Below the pieces are notes generated by a model. It ran no database searches, was not told where the DNA came from, and saw nothing but the letters and a program-made list of their open reading frames with translations. Below, in pieces: positions 38,720 through 48,483 of a stretch of 64,000 nt of DNA (position 1 is its first letter; each line of letters opens with the position of its first letter). Made by a program: the position numbers and the translations under genes. This stretch comes from an uncultured bacterium (GTDB taxonomy: Bacteria; Abyssobacteria; SURF-5), in NCBI GenBank assembly GCA_964607485.1, contig CAZSKP010000013.1:55799-119798 (forward strand), written 5' to 3'.

Positions 38720-39922
38720 TCAGACGACGCCGCACCTCTCGCCGGCGCGCACAAAGGCGTCGAGCGCAAACTCGAGGTCGCCTATCTCATGTTCGGCGGT
38801 GGGAACGACGCGCAGCCTGGACGCTCCTTCGGGCACCGAGGGCGGCCTTATGGCCTGTGCGAACACGCCTTCGTCCAGCAGTGTCTCAGCCATTCGCACG
38901 CATTCACGCGCATGGCCTATTATCACGGGAATGATGCACGTCTCCGACGCGCCTATGTCGAACCCAGCCGATGCGAGTTCCTTCTTCAGAAACTTCGTGT
39001 TGCTCCACAGGCGCTCTCGCCGTTCCGGTTCACGCTCGATGATGCCCACCGCTTCGAGCGCCGCTGCGGCGGAGGCCGGTGGCAACGCCGTCGTGAAGAT
39101 GAAGCTACGGGCACGGTTCACGAGAAGGTCTATCAGTTCGCGCGAGCCCGCGACGAACGCTCCGTAACTTCCCAGTGCCTTGCTCAGCGTGCCCATCTGA
39201 ATATCGACGCGTCCCTCGAGCCCGAAGTGAGAGGCGGTTCCTCTGCCCTCGGGACCGAGCACGCCGGTGGCGTGCGCGTCGTCGACCATCAGGAAGCAGT
39301 CGAACTCCAAAGCGAGCCCCGCGAGTTCGGGGAGCGGCGCGATGTCGCCATCCATGCTGAATACGCCGTCGGTGACGATAAGTCTCCGGCCGCAGGCGAC
39401 GTTGTTGGCGAGCATTCTTCTCAGGGCACTTGCGTTGGCGTGAGGGAAAACTCTCACCGCCGCGCGGCCGAGCCGGCATGCGTCAACGATGCTGGCGTGA
39501 TTGAGCTCGTCGCTGTAAACGACGTCGCCCCGTTGCGCCAGCGAGGAAACGGCGCCTATGTTGGCGAGGTAGCCCGAGCCGAACACAAGCGCAGCCTCGG
39601 TCCCCTTGAGCCGTGCGAGCGCGGCCTCGAGCTCGGCATGTATGGGCAGCGTGCCTGAGACGAGCCGCGATGCTCCCGCTCCCGCTCCGTATCTGTCCAC
39701 GGCCTTCTTCGCGGCGCGCCTGACTGAGGGATGATTTGCGAGTCCGAGATAGTCGTTCGTGCAGAGGAGCAGCGTCTCGCGTCCGTCGATAGTCACGCGG
39801 GGCCCGATGGGGCCCTCGACGAGCTTCGGCTTGCGGGTCAGCCCCAGCGCGTCTATCTCTCTGAGTTCGTTCTCCAGCGCGCTATACTTCCGCGCCGCAG
39901 ATTTTCTTTGTGCCGTGGTCAT
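38720..39922 (-). CDS. bioF: 8-amino-7-oxononanoate synthase
   Basis: NDYLGLA, GAGASRLVSG, LNHASI, DDAHA.G, GTLSKA, IRPPSVP. Confidence 0.95.
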   Translation of the reverse strand: MTTAQRKSAARKYSALENELREIDALGLTRKPKLVEGPIGPRVTIDGRETLLLCTNDYLGLANHPSVRRAAKKAVDRYGAGAGASRLVSGTLPIHAELEAALARLKGTEAALVFGSGYLANIGAVSSLAQRGDVVYSDELNHASIVDACRLGRAAVRVFPHANASALRRMLANNVACGRRLIVTDGVFSMDGDIAPLPELAGLALEFDCFLMVDDAHATGVLGPEGRGTASHFGLEGRVDIQMGTLSKALGSYGAFVAGSRELIDLLVNRARSFIFTTALPPASAAAALEAVGIIEREPERRERLWSNTKFLKKELASAGFDIGASETCIIPVIIGHARECVRMAETLLDEGVFAQAIRPPSVPEGASRLRVVPTAEHEIGDLEFALDAFVRAGERCGVV

Positions 39923-40928
39923 GGTCGGCGTTCAGCGTGCCTCCGGGACGGGCGCGAAGGCCGAGGTCGGCTATCATTTCGAGGTCTTCGGCATAGTCGC
40001 GTCCTGGCGTCGTCAGATAGTTTCCCACCACCGTGCAGTTCGCCCCGGCCACGTACATGAGCGGCTGGAGCGAGCGGAGGTTTCGTTCGCGTCCTCCGCA
40101 TACCCTTATATCTTTGTCCGGCAGCATGAACCGGAACATCGCGATGGTCTTCAGGATATCCAGCGGATGAATGGGCTCGGCATGTTCGAGGGCCGTGCCG
40201 GGAATCGGGTTCAGGAAATTCATCGGGACCGAATCGACGTCCAGCTCCCTCAATGCCAGGGCCATCTCTATTCGCTGCTCCGCCGATTCGCCCATCCCGA
40301 ATATTCCGCCACAGCAGACGTAGAAGCCCGCTTCCTTTGCCGCTCTGACTGTCCGTATTCTGTCCGCGTACGTGTGCGTGGAGCAGATTTTGTCGAAGAA
40401 GCTTTCGGCGGTCTCGATGTTGTGGTGAAGGCTCTGCAGCCCGGCGGCCCTGAGCCTTTCGAGCTGGCTGCGGTCGAGGCTCCCAAGCGAAGCGCATCGG
40501 TCGAGGCCTGTCTCCCGCGCGATGGCGGAGATGGCCGAGCAGATTCTGTCGAGGTCCTCCTCGCGCTCGACACCGGGGCCGCTCGTGACGAAGCACAGCT
40601 TGTTCGCTCCCATCGCCTCGGCCGACCTGGCGCGCTTGAGAATCTCTTCTTCGTCCATGAGGGGATACTCGGGCGCGTCGGTCGCGTGGTGGGCCGATTG
40701 CGCGCAGAACGCGCAGTCTTCCGAACACGCGCCCGATTTGGTGTTCACTATGGCGCACAGGTCCACGTCGCCGCCCTTGAAGTGTCGGCGCACGTCGCTG
40801 GCGGCCGCGAGCAGGTGGAACACGCTTTCGTGGGGCGTCTGGAGCAACTCGCGCGCCTCGTTGCGGCCAAGCCTTTCGCCGTTCATGACGCGTGCGGCAT
40901 AGCTATTGAACAGTTCGCCGTTTTGCAT
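39882..40928 (-). CDS. bioB: Biotin synthase
   Basis: CSEDCAFCAQS radical-SAM motif, HHNIET, GGIFGMGE, SVPMNFL, GNYLTT. Confidence 0.96.
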   Translation of the reverse strand: MQNGELFNSYAARVMNGERLGRNEARELLQTPHESVFHLLAAASDVRRHFKGGDVDLCAIVNTKSGACSEDCAFCAQSAHHATDAPEYPLMDEEEILKRARSAEAMGANKLCFVTSGPGVEREEDLDRICSAISAIARETGLDRCASLGSLDRSQLERLRAAGLQSLHHNIETAESFFDKICSTHTYADRIRTVRAAKEAGFYVCCGGIFGMGESAEQRIEMALALRELDVDSVPMNFLNPIPGTALEHAEPIHPLDILKTIAMFRFMLPDKDIRVCGGRERNLRSLQPLMYVAGANCTVVGNYLTTPGRDYAEDLEMIADLGLRARPGGTLNADHDHGTKKICGAEV

Positions 40929-40973
40929 AGGAGATTTTTCCTTTTTGTCTGGTGGGAGAAATGAACGCTCCAA

Positions 40974-41028
40974 ATGGTATCAGTTGTCGGGGGAATTGTC
41001 AACCACGACCTTGCATTTGGTTGACGTT
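40974..41028 (-). promoter_or_regulatory. bio operon promoter overlapped by a BirA operator
   Basis: AATTGTCAACC-N14-GGTTGACGTT (40994-41028) matches the BirA box; minus strand TTGACA-17 nt-TACCAT with its -35 inside one half-site. Confidence 0.85.
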
Positions 41029-41093
41029 CTGCCCTGCCAGTGAATCCGAGGGTTCTCGGCCAGCCGCTCTTGCAGGAAAGGCGGAGGGTCGTC

Positions 41094-43304
41094 CTATTGC
41101 CCGCCGGTGTGACTCCTCTGTTCGACTTCCCGAAGGAGTTCGCGCACGTCCTGCAGGTCGGGATTGAGCTTGAGCGCTTGCCTGAGTTCGCGAGCCGCCA
41201 TCTCGTATCGTCCCTGGCGGGCGTATATCATGCCGAGTTGAACCGACGCGAGGTATTTGTCCGGGTCCAGTTTCTTTGCTTTCCTGAAGCATTCCGCCGC
41301 CTCGTCGATTTGGCCGGTGACGAGGTACATGTTTCCGAGGTTCATGAGATTTGCCGCCGAGCGCGGATTGAGTTTTCGCACGGCCTCGAATTCGGCCAGG
41401 GCAAAGGGATACAGCTTCAGCTTCCAGTACACCGTCCCGAGGCCGGAATGCGCAATCGTCGAATCGGGATAGACCTCCAGCGCCCGTTCGTACAGCAGCC
41501 GCGCGTTGTCGTAGTAGCCCAGCGATTTGTAAAAATCGGCCCGTGTGACCTCGGCGAAAGGAAAGTTCAGCCGGGGAATCCTGTCGGTGAGACGCGAGAG
41601 CGTGCCGTGAGCCCGGGCGAGGTGAGACTCACCGATGTCGGCGGGCAGCGCGGCATCGAATTCCTCCTTCTTGCTCTCGAAGGTGGCGAAGTCGATGCCG
41701 AATGTGTGTATCACCTGCGCGTTCTCCGGGATGTTCCTCACAAACACGACCGAGATCTCATCGAAATAGACCGGTTTCCAGAGGGGAGAATCTATCAGGC
41801 TCCTTATCAAGCTTTCCGGGAGGTATCCGACGTCGTAGTGGAGCACCACATACCGGATATCCATGGCGTCCGCATACCGCTCGAAGAAGCCGGGATCGCT
41901 GCCGATCCGCTTGAAATTCGCCATGAACTCCTCTCCGTAGAGCTCGGTGCGAAGGTCGAAACACACTTTGCGTTCCGGGTAGAAGCGCCAGATCAGGTAT
42001 GCTCCGTCGGTCGGGTCGTTGAACATGTTGCCCGGCAGGTCCATCGCCCCGATGAAGTTCGCAGCCTTGATTGGATAAGACCTCTCCGATATCCCAAAGC
42101 CGAACTGTCTGGGACTCCTATCGTCGATATAGTACCTGTCCGTCGCTATGAGGAACATCATGTATATCATGCCGGCCGCTATCAGGGGGGTGGCGACTAT
42201 CTGCGCCCGGACGAGCAGGCGCATCGCACGCGAAAAGTCGAAGCGCTCCGAGACGTAATCCATAAATCCGCCGACGTTGACCACGGTGACCGGAATGGCG
42301 ATGATTGCAAAGATGTCCAGGTTGCGCCGGGCGTTCAGGGCGAGATACAGGAACGCACCGAACAAGAGCGCGTGAGTCAGGTTCAGCCGTTTCAGATTAA
42401 GAAGGAAACAGAGCGTGCAGAGATAGATCATCCACTTGAAGTAAGTCTGGGAGCGATTCAGGCTGGCCCCGGCCAGCGGGGGCATGTGTTCGGAAACGCT
42501 GGCGCCCACGGCACTCACCCCGCTATGGATTTCTCTGAAAAGAGTCAGCGGGTAGAGCGCCAGGTCGAAGGTATAGGGATTCAGTACGCTTTCGCAGCCC
42601 ATGACCAGGAGGACGAGCGCCAGCCACCACCACCTCTTTCCGCGCAGCCCTCCCTCTTCGTTCCATCGCCACGGCAATTTGAGCTTCCAATCAATGAGGC
42701 CGGCGGAAAGGTAGATGATCGGCACGACCAGCCCGAGCACATAAAGGCCGTGCATGTTCACCCACAGGGGCTGAATGAGAGGCAGGAGGAATATCATTCG
42801 GCCGCCGCGTTTCCTGTGCTTTTCGAGGATGAAGAAGTAAACGGAAAGGAGCAGAAGCGTGATGAGCTGCGGCCGCACAAGGAACCGGTCGCTCGCCATC
42901 ACGATCGCGGCGATCATGAGCACGGGCGTTATGACATATTTCTTCTTATCATATCCGATGAAATACACCGTCGAGAATGTGGCCAGCAGGATGCCCGCCA
43001 TCAGCAGCGTCAGGCCGGTGAGTCCGAGTAGTCTGTAGGAAATATAAAGAATCAATTGGAACAGCCACTGTGAATCGATGTATTTCTTGCCGGGAATCGT
43101 GAACGAGTACGTGTCAACCCGGGGCACTCGATGCGTTTCGTAGATGTATTGTCCGTTCTTCAGCAGCCAGCCGAGGTCGCGATTCTCGATTTTGTGAATG
43201 GAGAAAAAGAGCACGAGCACGAGGGTGAGACAAAAGAGGATTATTCGCGAGACGCTGTCAAGGCGGTCCGTCGGGCCGCATATGTGTGAGGAATTATCCT
43301 TCAT
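41094..43304 (-). CDS. GT-C-like polytopic membrane protein with C-terminal TPRs
   Basis: DLGW.LK.G.YI, RPQL, WVNMHG motifs, many TMs, C-terminal TPRs; start uncertain. Confidence 0.75.
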   Translation of the reverse strand: MKDNSSHICGPTDRLDSVSRIILFCLTLVLVLFFSIHKIENRDLGWLLKNGQYIYETHRVPRVDTYSFTIPGKKYIDSQWLFQLILYISYRLLGLTGLTLLMAGILLATFSTVYFIGYDKKKYVITPVLMIAAIVMASDRFLVRPQLITLLLLSVYFFILEKHRKRGGRMIFLLPLIQPLWVNMHGLYVLGLVVPIIYLSAGLIDWKLKLPWRWNEEGGLRGKRWWWLALVLLVMGCESVLNPYTFDLALYPLTLFREIHSGVSAVGASVSEHMPPLAGASLNRSQTYFKWMIYLCTLCFLLNLKRLNLTHALLFGAFLYLALNARRNLDIFAIIAIPVTVVNVGGFMDYVSERFDFSRAMRLLVRAQIVATPLIAAGMIYMMFLIATDRYYIDDRSPRQFGFGISERSYPIKAANFIGAMDLPGNMFNDPTDGAYLIWRFYPERKVCFDLRTELYGEEFMANFKRIGSDPGFFERYADAMDIRYVVLHYDVGYLPESLIRSLIDSPLWKPVYFDEISVVFVRNIPENAQVIHTFGIDFATFESKKEEFDAALPADIGESHLARAHGTLSRLTDRIPRLNFPFAEVTRADFYKSLGYYDNARLLYERALEVYPDSTIAHSGLGTVYWKLKLYPFALAEFEAVRKLNPRSAANLMNLGNMYLVTGQIDEAAECFRKAKKLDPDKYLASVQLGMIYARQGRYEMAARELRQALKLNPDLQDVRELLREVEQRSHTGGQ

Positions 43305-43361
43305 GCTTCTCGCTATGGGATCTCTATCTATCGTCCCAAATCTCGATGGCTGGAGAGCCAA

Positions 43362-44462
43362 TTACCGAAGGAAAGAGTGGTACACCTCCAGATACAAGCG
43401 GAGGGCGGCGCGCGGGCTGAACTTCTCGGCGGCGATCGCGCGTCCGCGTTGGCCCAATCGTTGTCGCAACGCGGGGTCTCGGAGTATGTCGAGCGTACGT
43501 GCGGCCATCGCTTCGACGTCGCCTACCGGTAGCAGGTAACCCGATTCCCCGTCCTCGACAACTTCCTCCAGGCCGCCGACCCTTGTGGCGACCACCGGCA
43601 CCTCGCATGCCATCGCCTCCAGGGCGGCAAGGCCGAAGCTCTCCATCTCGCTCGGCAGGAGGAACACCTGCGCGGTCGAGAGGATGTCTGCGACGCTCTC
43701 GGTCACTCCCACAAAACTCACGTCGTCGGCGATGCCGAGACCGAGCGCCCGGGCGAGGGCCCGCGATCTGTCGGGTCCGTCGCCGACCATTATCAGCCGG
43801 GCCTGCACCTTGTCGCGCACGCGCTTGAAAATATCGATCACGTCGACGGTCCTTTTGAGCGGCCGGAAGTTGGATGTGTGGACTATCACCGGCGTGTCTG
43901 CCTCGCGGCCTTCGGCACGGCTGTATTCATCGAGGTCAACGAAATTATATACCGTATGCACGTCCTTCTCGAGTCCGAACGAGCGCTTTACCGTTTCGGT
44001 GAGCCATTTCGACACCGAGGTGACCGAGTCGCACATCTCGATGCAAAACTTCACGAGCGGTCGGTAAGAAGGGTCCGCACCCACGAGCGTGATGTCTGTT
44101 CCGTGGAGCGTGCAGACGATTCGCAGCCGCTCCGGCGCAATCATCTCGCGCGCCAGGTATGCGCTCAACGCGTGGGGTATCGCATAGTGCACGTGAAACA
44201 GGTCGAGCTTGGCGAGCTTCGCGACGGCCGCCATCTTGACGGCGAGCGCCATACCGTAGGGCGGGTGCTTGAGCGGAGGATACTGCGTTGCCTCGACTTC
44301 GTGGATGGTAATGCCCCGGTGGCGGCCGCCCGCGAGGCCGAACGGGATGTCGTGACAGACGAAGTGGACGTCGTGCCCCTCGTCGGCCAGCAGTTTCCCA
44401 AGCGACGCGGCAATTGCTCCGCTTCCGCCGACGGTGGCGTGGCAGGTGATACCGATCCTCAT
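43362..44462 (-). CDS. bshA: N-acetylglucosaminyl-malate synthase
   Basis: IGITCH.TVGGSG, HVHYAIPHA, TLHGTDIT, SNFRPLKR, ESFGLAALEAM. Confidence 0.95.
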   Translation of the reverse strand: MRIGITCHATVGGSGAIAASLGKLLADEGHDVHFVCHDIPFGLAGGRHRGITIHEVEATQYPPLKHPPYGMALAVKMAAVAKLAKLDLFHVHYAIPHALSAYLAREMIAPERLRIVCTLHGTDITLVGADPSYRPLVKFCIEMCDSVTSVSKWLTETVKRSFGLEKDVHTVYNFVDLDEYSRAEGREADTPVIVHTSNFRPLKRTVDVIDIFKRVRDKVQARLIMVGDGPDRSRALARALGLGIADDVSFVGVTESVADILSTAQVFLLPSEMESFGLAALEAMACEVPVVATRVGGLEEVVEDGESGYLLPVGDVEAMAARTLDILRDPALRQRLGQRGRAIAAEKFSPRAALRLYLEVYHSFLR

Positions 44463-45193
44463 GTGCGGCACCACAGTTCGAACGGATTGTCGATCCGGAG
44501 CGCGCCGTGCATGTAATAGGGCTCGCCGTACATGGCGCCGACCATCGCTCCATACGTGCGGTCCCTGAGCGCCAGCAGGTCGAGGAAGCCCGGTTCGGAT
44601 ATGCGTGTTTCGTCCTCGTCGACTGCGTCGGGTCGGTAGAACTGTGACGCGTGCGCCCTCACGGCCTCCATCTTCCGCTCGAAGTATTCGTCGATGGGCA
44701 CAATGAACGTTGGCTCGAAGCGGTGGTGAGTCATGTAATGGATGACCCTCTTCGGCCTGAAGCGCTCCTGGCCCGTTTCGATCTTCTTCAAACCCGCGAG
44801 GTAGGCCGATTCCTTCACGAGTCGGCCGGTGTTGGCGTGGTCGGGGTGTTCGCATTCCCAATAGGGTATGGCGATGAGCGACGGACGATGCCTGCGCAGC
44901 ACGCGAATGACTTCGAGGCGCGCATGCTCGGTGTTGGCCACGCCTCCGTCGGGCATGTCGAGACATTCCCTCGTCTTCGCGCCGATTATCTTCGCCGCCG
45001 CCTGTGCCTCTTCGGCGCGGATTTCGGGCGTGCCGCGCGTGCCGAGTTCGCCCCGGGTGAGGTCGACGATGCCGACTCTGAGGCCGCCGTCCACCAGCCG
45101 GCAAAGCAGGCCTCCGGCGGTCATGTCCACATCGTCCGGATGCGCGCCGAATGCGAGCACGTCGAGCGTGTCGTCGCTTCTGTTCTCAGACAT
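44459..45193 (-). CDS. bshB1: GlcNAc-malate deacetylase
   Basis: GAHPDD, LTRGELGTRG, HPDH, HASQF. Confidence 0.93.
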   Translation of the reverse strand: MSENRSDDTLDVLAFGAHPDDVDMTAGGLLCRLVDGGLRVGIVDLTRGELGTRGTPEIRAEEAQAAAKIIGAKTRECLDMPDGGVANTEHARLEVIRVLRRHRPSLIAIPYWECEHPDHANTGRLVKESAYLAGLKKIETGQERFRPKRVIHYMTHHRFEPTFIVPIDEYFERKMEAVRAHASQFYRPDAVDEDETRISEPGFLDLLALRDRTYGAMVGAMYGEPYYMHGALRIDNPFELWCRT

Positions 45194-46784
45194 AGATGAT
45201 CTGCCTGTCGAAGTTCGAGATGTCCAGCGTCTTCTCCAACAGGGCTATCAACTGGACGCCATACGTGAACAGGTACGGGAAGACGTTGAACACCCGCTCC
45301 TGTTCCTTCCCTTCGGGGAAGAGGTGAGCCCTGAGCTTGTCCACCTGTTGCTCGACGACCGCGAAGTCGTGCTGCTGCGCCTGCAGCAGCTTCTCCCTGA
45401 GCTTATCCATCTCGTAACCGATCTTTCGCTTCAGTTTGTCCACCGGCTCGGTCAGCGTCGGCTCTACTTCGTCGACCTCGCGTCTGAACTCATCGAGGAC
45501 CATCTGCAGCACGTCGAGCTTTCGGTCGCACGCCTGCACAATCGGGCGAGACGTTCTCTGCGACGTGATGGTCTGTAGCAATTCCTTCCTGCTCTTGCTC
45601 GCGTCGTCCGCATGGAGCCCGTATCTCTCCAGGATCTTCGCTATCTTGGCCTCAACGAGCACGACGCGGCTTCGGGGGTAGATGACCGGCATGACGAGGT
45701 CGAAGAAGGAATAGGTGTTTCGCATCTGAGCGAAATAGGATACTTCTCCGGGGCCGGCCACGTAGGCGACTGTGGGCAGGATGTGGTCTTGCACGAGCGG
45801 CCTCAACACTGCGCTGGGGCTGAACCGCTGGGGTTCCTCCGCCAGCATATCGAGCATTTCCGTCTGGTCGTATTCGAGCCCGACGCGCTCGACCAGGAAC
45901 TTGCCCTGCTTGAAGCGAACCTTGTTCCGGCGGCCTTGCGCGTAGAAGAAGAAGTTCACGTCGTCCGGCTTGCGTTCTATCTGCTGGTGGTATCCCAACA
46001 CACGAAGCTGTGCGCCCGCCTCGTTGATGAGCCGCGACGTCCGGACCGGCATCTTTATCTCGCGCCCCATGACGGGACGTGCGAGCTGACGGCACGGAGG
46101 CAGGTGCGCGTCGAGTATTATCAGCCCGTATGCGTTGAAAAGCGCCTGCATTATGTGCGAGAACCAATCGGCGAGCGAGTAGCACCGGCCGAGCGAATTG
46201 CGGAGGAGGCCTACGAGGTGGGGCTTGAATTCACTTTCGTTTGTATCTCCCTCCATCAAGTCTATGAGAAAGCCGAGCGAGGGGTCGAGGGGGATGTCGA
46301 ATATCGATTTTCCCTCGACATCGGCCTGGGGTTCATAGAGCAGGCTGATGACGCGGTTGTCGCGGTTGACGAACTCGACGTGGCGGACCTCCCGAAAGTC
46401 GTGGTCTTCGGAAGCGTTCCAGAATACGGGCACAGCGGTAACGTCCGTTTGTTCGGTTATGTGTCTCGCGAGCTTTATCGCCGTGAGCGTCTTGTAGATG
46501 GTGTAGAGAGGCCCCGTGAAGATGCCGGGCTGCTGGCCGGTGACCACGACCATCGTGCCGTCCCTGCCCAGCTTGTCGATGTTCTTCAGTGTCTCTTCGC
46601 TGCAATCCGTCCTCTTGTTGTAGAGCTTTATCTCGTTGAGCTGGCTTTCGTCGAAATGCCTTTGCTGTGTGCCGCGCAGCTCGGCTATGGCTCTCATCAG
46701 GTCGCGCGGATCGTAGCGGAAATATTGCCGCAGTTTCGGGAAATCGTTGCAGTAATCTGCAAAGAGCTCGCGCACCCGCGCCAT
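45186..46784 (-). CDS. bshC: Bacillithiol cysteine-adding enzyme
   Basis: VTGQQPG.FTGPLYTIYK, EDHDF.E, FSPSAVLRP, GPGE.SY, QER..N. Confidence 0.93.
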   Translation of the reverse strand: MARVRELFADYCNDFPKLRQYFRYDPRDLMRAIAELRGTQQRHFDESQLNEIKLYNKRTDCSEETLKNIDKLGRDGTMVVVTGQQPGIFTGPLYTIYKTLTAIKLARHITEQTDVTAVPVFWNASEDHDFREVRHVEFVNRDNRVISLLYEPQADVEGKSIFDIPLDPSLGFLIDLMEGDTNESEFKPHLVGLLRNSLGRCYSLADWFSHIMQALFNAYGLIILDAHLPPCRQLARPVMGREIKMPVRTSRLINEAGAQLRVLGYHQQIERKPDDVNFFFYAQGRRNKVRFKQGKFLVERVGLEYDQTEMLDMLAEEPQRFSPSAVLRPLVQDHILPTVAYVAGPGEVSYFAQMRNTYSFFDLVMPVIYPRSRVVLVEAKIAKILERYGLHADDASKSRKELLQTITSQRTSRPIVQACDRKLDVLQMVLDEFRREVDEVEPTLTEPVDKLKRKIGYEMDKLREKLLQAQQHDFAVVEQQVDKLRAHLFPEGKEQERVFNVFPYLFTYGVQLIALLEKTLDISNFDRQIIYV

Positions 46785-46786
46785 CG

Positions 46787-48250
46787 CTATCCTCGCTTTC
46801 CGGATTTTCGCCTCGACGCCGTCGAGCCGGTGTGAGCGCCCACGCGAACAAGCTGCATCATGTTCGTCGTGCCCGACACGCCCAGCGGATAACCGGCCGT
46901 GATGATTATGCTTTCGCCTTTGCGAACCATGCGGCGGCTGAGAAGCTCGCGCTCGACGTTTGCGATCATCGCATCAATCGTTTTTGTTTTCTTGATAAAG
47001 ATGGGCCGCACGCCCCAGTACAGGCTCATGCGGGGGAGAACTTCTCGATTGTGAGAGGCCGCGATTATGGGCGCCTCCGGCCTGTAGCTGGATACCTGTT
47101 GAGCGGTGAATCCCGACGAGGTGAAGCATACGATGAGGCGAGTGGGCAGATGCCGCACGGTGGTCTCGGTGGCCTGGCCTATGGCGTCCTCGAAGCTGTC
47201 GATTGTGTCGGAATGGCGGAATATCTTCTTCAGCTTCTCAGCCACATAGGTGTCGGCTTCATCGGCCACGCGGGCCATCATCTTCACCGCATCGACGGGG
47301 TAGGCGCCCACGGCGGTCTCGCCCGAGAGCATGACTGCGCCCGTGCCGTCGTATATTGCGTTGACGACGTCGGAGGCCTCGGCGCGCGTGGGCGTCGGTT
47401 GCGTTATCATCGACTCAAGCATCTGAGTGGCGGTTATCACCGGCTTGCCCGCCCTGATGCACCGCTGTATGACGTCCTTCTGGATTTGCGGGACCTTCTC
47501 CGGCGGCATCTCGACGCCGAGGTCGCCCCGTGCTATCATTATGCCGTCGGCCACGGAGATAATGGCGTCGATGTTTTCCAGCGCCGCCGGCTTTTCGATC
47601 TTGGCAATGACGGGGATATTCGACTTCAAGTCTTGCAGCACATTCTTGAGACGAACGACGTCGCCGGGAGTCCGCACGAAGCTCATCGCGAGATAGTCCA
47701 CTCCGAGCTTGACCGCAAACCGAACATCCCGCTTGTCTTTTCTGGTGAGCGATGGTTCGGAAATCTTGGCGCCGGGCAGGTTGATGCCCTTGTGCGCGCC
47801 GAGCTTCCCGCCGTACACCACGCGGCAGTGGATGTCGCGGCCCGCGACCTTGAGAACTCGCACCTGCATCGAGCCGTCATCGAGCAGGATCATGTCGCTC
47901 GGCTTGACGTCGCGGTGCAGCCGCTCGTACGTGGTCGAGATAATGCCGTCGCTGCCCTTGACCTTCCTGGTGGTTATGATGAGCGTGCCGCCCTTACGGA
48001 GCTTCAGGGGAGCGCCCGCAAGCTCGCCGGTCCGCATCTTCGGGCCCTGCAGGTCGCCGATTATGCCGATGGGTTTGCCCATCTCCTCACTGAGCCTGCG
48101 GATTTGCCGGAAGTTGTGCTCGTGGTCGGCATGGGTTCCGTGCGAGAAATTGAGCCGGGCCACGTCCATGCCCGCCTCGATCATCCGCCGAAGCACGCTC
48201 TTATCGCTGGAACTCGGGCCGATTGTGGCGACTATTTTTGTTCTGCGCAT
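46787..48250 (-). CDS. pyk: Pyruvate kinase
   Basis: RRTKIVATIGP, ARLNFSHG, AKIEK, ARGDLG, MLSGET. Confidence 0.97.
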   Translation of the reverse strand: MRRTKIVATIGPSSSDKSVLRRMIEAGMDVARLNFSHGTHADHEHNFRQIRRLSEEMGKPIGIIGDLQGPKMRTGELAGAPLKLRKGGTLIITTRKVKGSDGIISTTYERLHRDVKPSDMILLDDGSMQVRVLKVAGRDIHCRVVYGGKLGAHKGINLPGAKISEPSLTRKDKRDVRFAVKLGVDYLAMSFVRTPGDVVRLKNVLQDLKSNIPVIAKIEKPAALENIDAIISVADGIMIARGDLGVEMPPEKVPQIQKDVIQRCIRAGKPVITATQMLESMITQPTPTRAEASDVVNAIYDGTGAVMLSGETAVGAYPVDAVKMMARVADEADTYVAEKLKKIFRHSDTIDSFEDAIGQATETTVRHLPTRLIVCFTSSGFTAQQVSSYRPEAPIIAASHNREVLPRMSLYWGVRPIFIKKTKTIDAMIANVERELLSRRMVRKGESIIITAGYPLGVSGTTNMMQLVRVGAHTGSTASRRKSGKRG

Positions 48251-48303
48251 CGAAATTCTGCATCCGTAACCGGCAACAGCGAAGAAATAACAGGTAGTGA
48301 ACA

Positions 48304-48332
48304 ATTATAGTGAAACACCGGCGGATTTGCAA
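48304..48332 (-). promoter_or_regulatory. sigma70 promoter for pyk-bsh
   Basis: Minus strand TTGCAA-17 nt-TATAAT. Confidence 0.7.
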
Positions 48333-48421
48333 TTGCGGGAGCGGGCGGGCTCAGCGTTCCGACCCGCTGGCCGAGGAGATCATGAAGGGGTATCTCAGAA
48401 GAGTAGGTTGAAATGGGAGGA

Positions 48422-48450
48422 TGTGTGAAGCCGTCGGGCGGCTTCACACA
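48422..48450. repeat. Intergenic 12-bp-stem hairpin (terminator or REP-like)
   Basis: TGTGTGAAGCCG-TCGGG-CGGCTTCACACA; no clear U-tract. Confidence 0.5.
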
Positions 48451-48483
48451 ACCAAACCGATTCTTTCCGTCCGCTTTCTCTCT

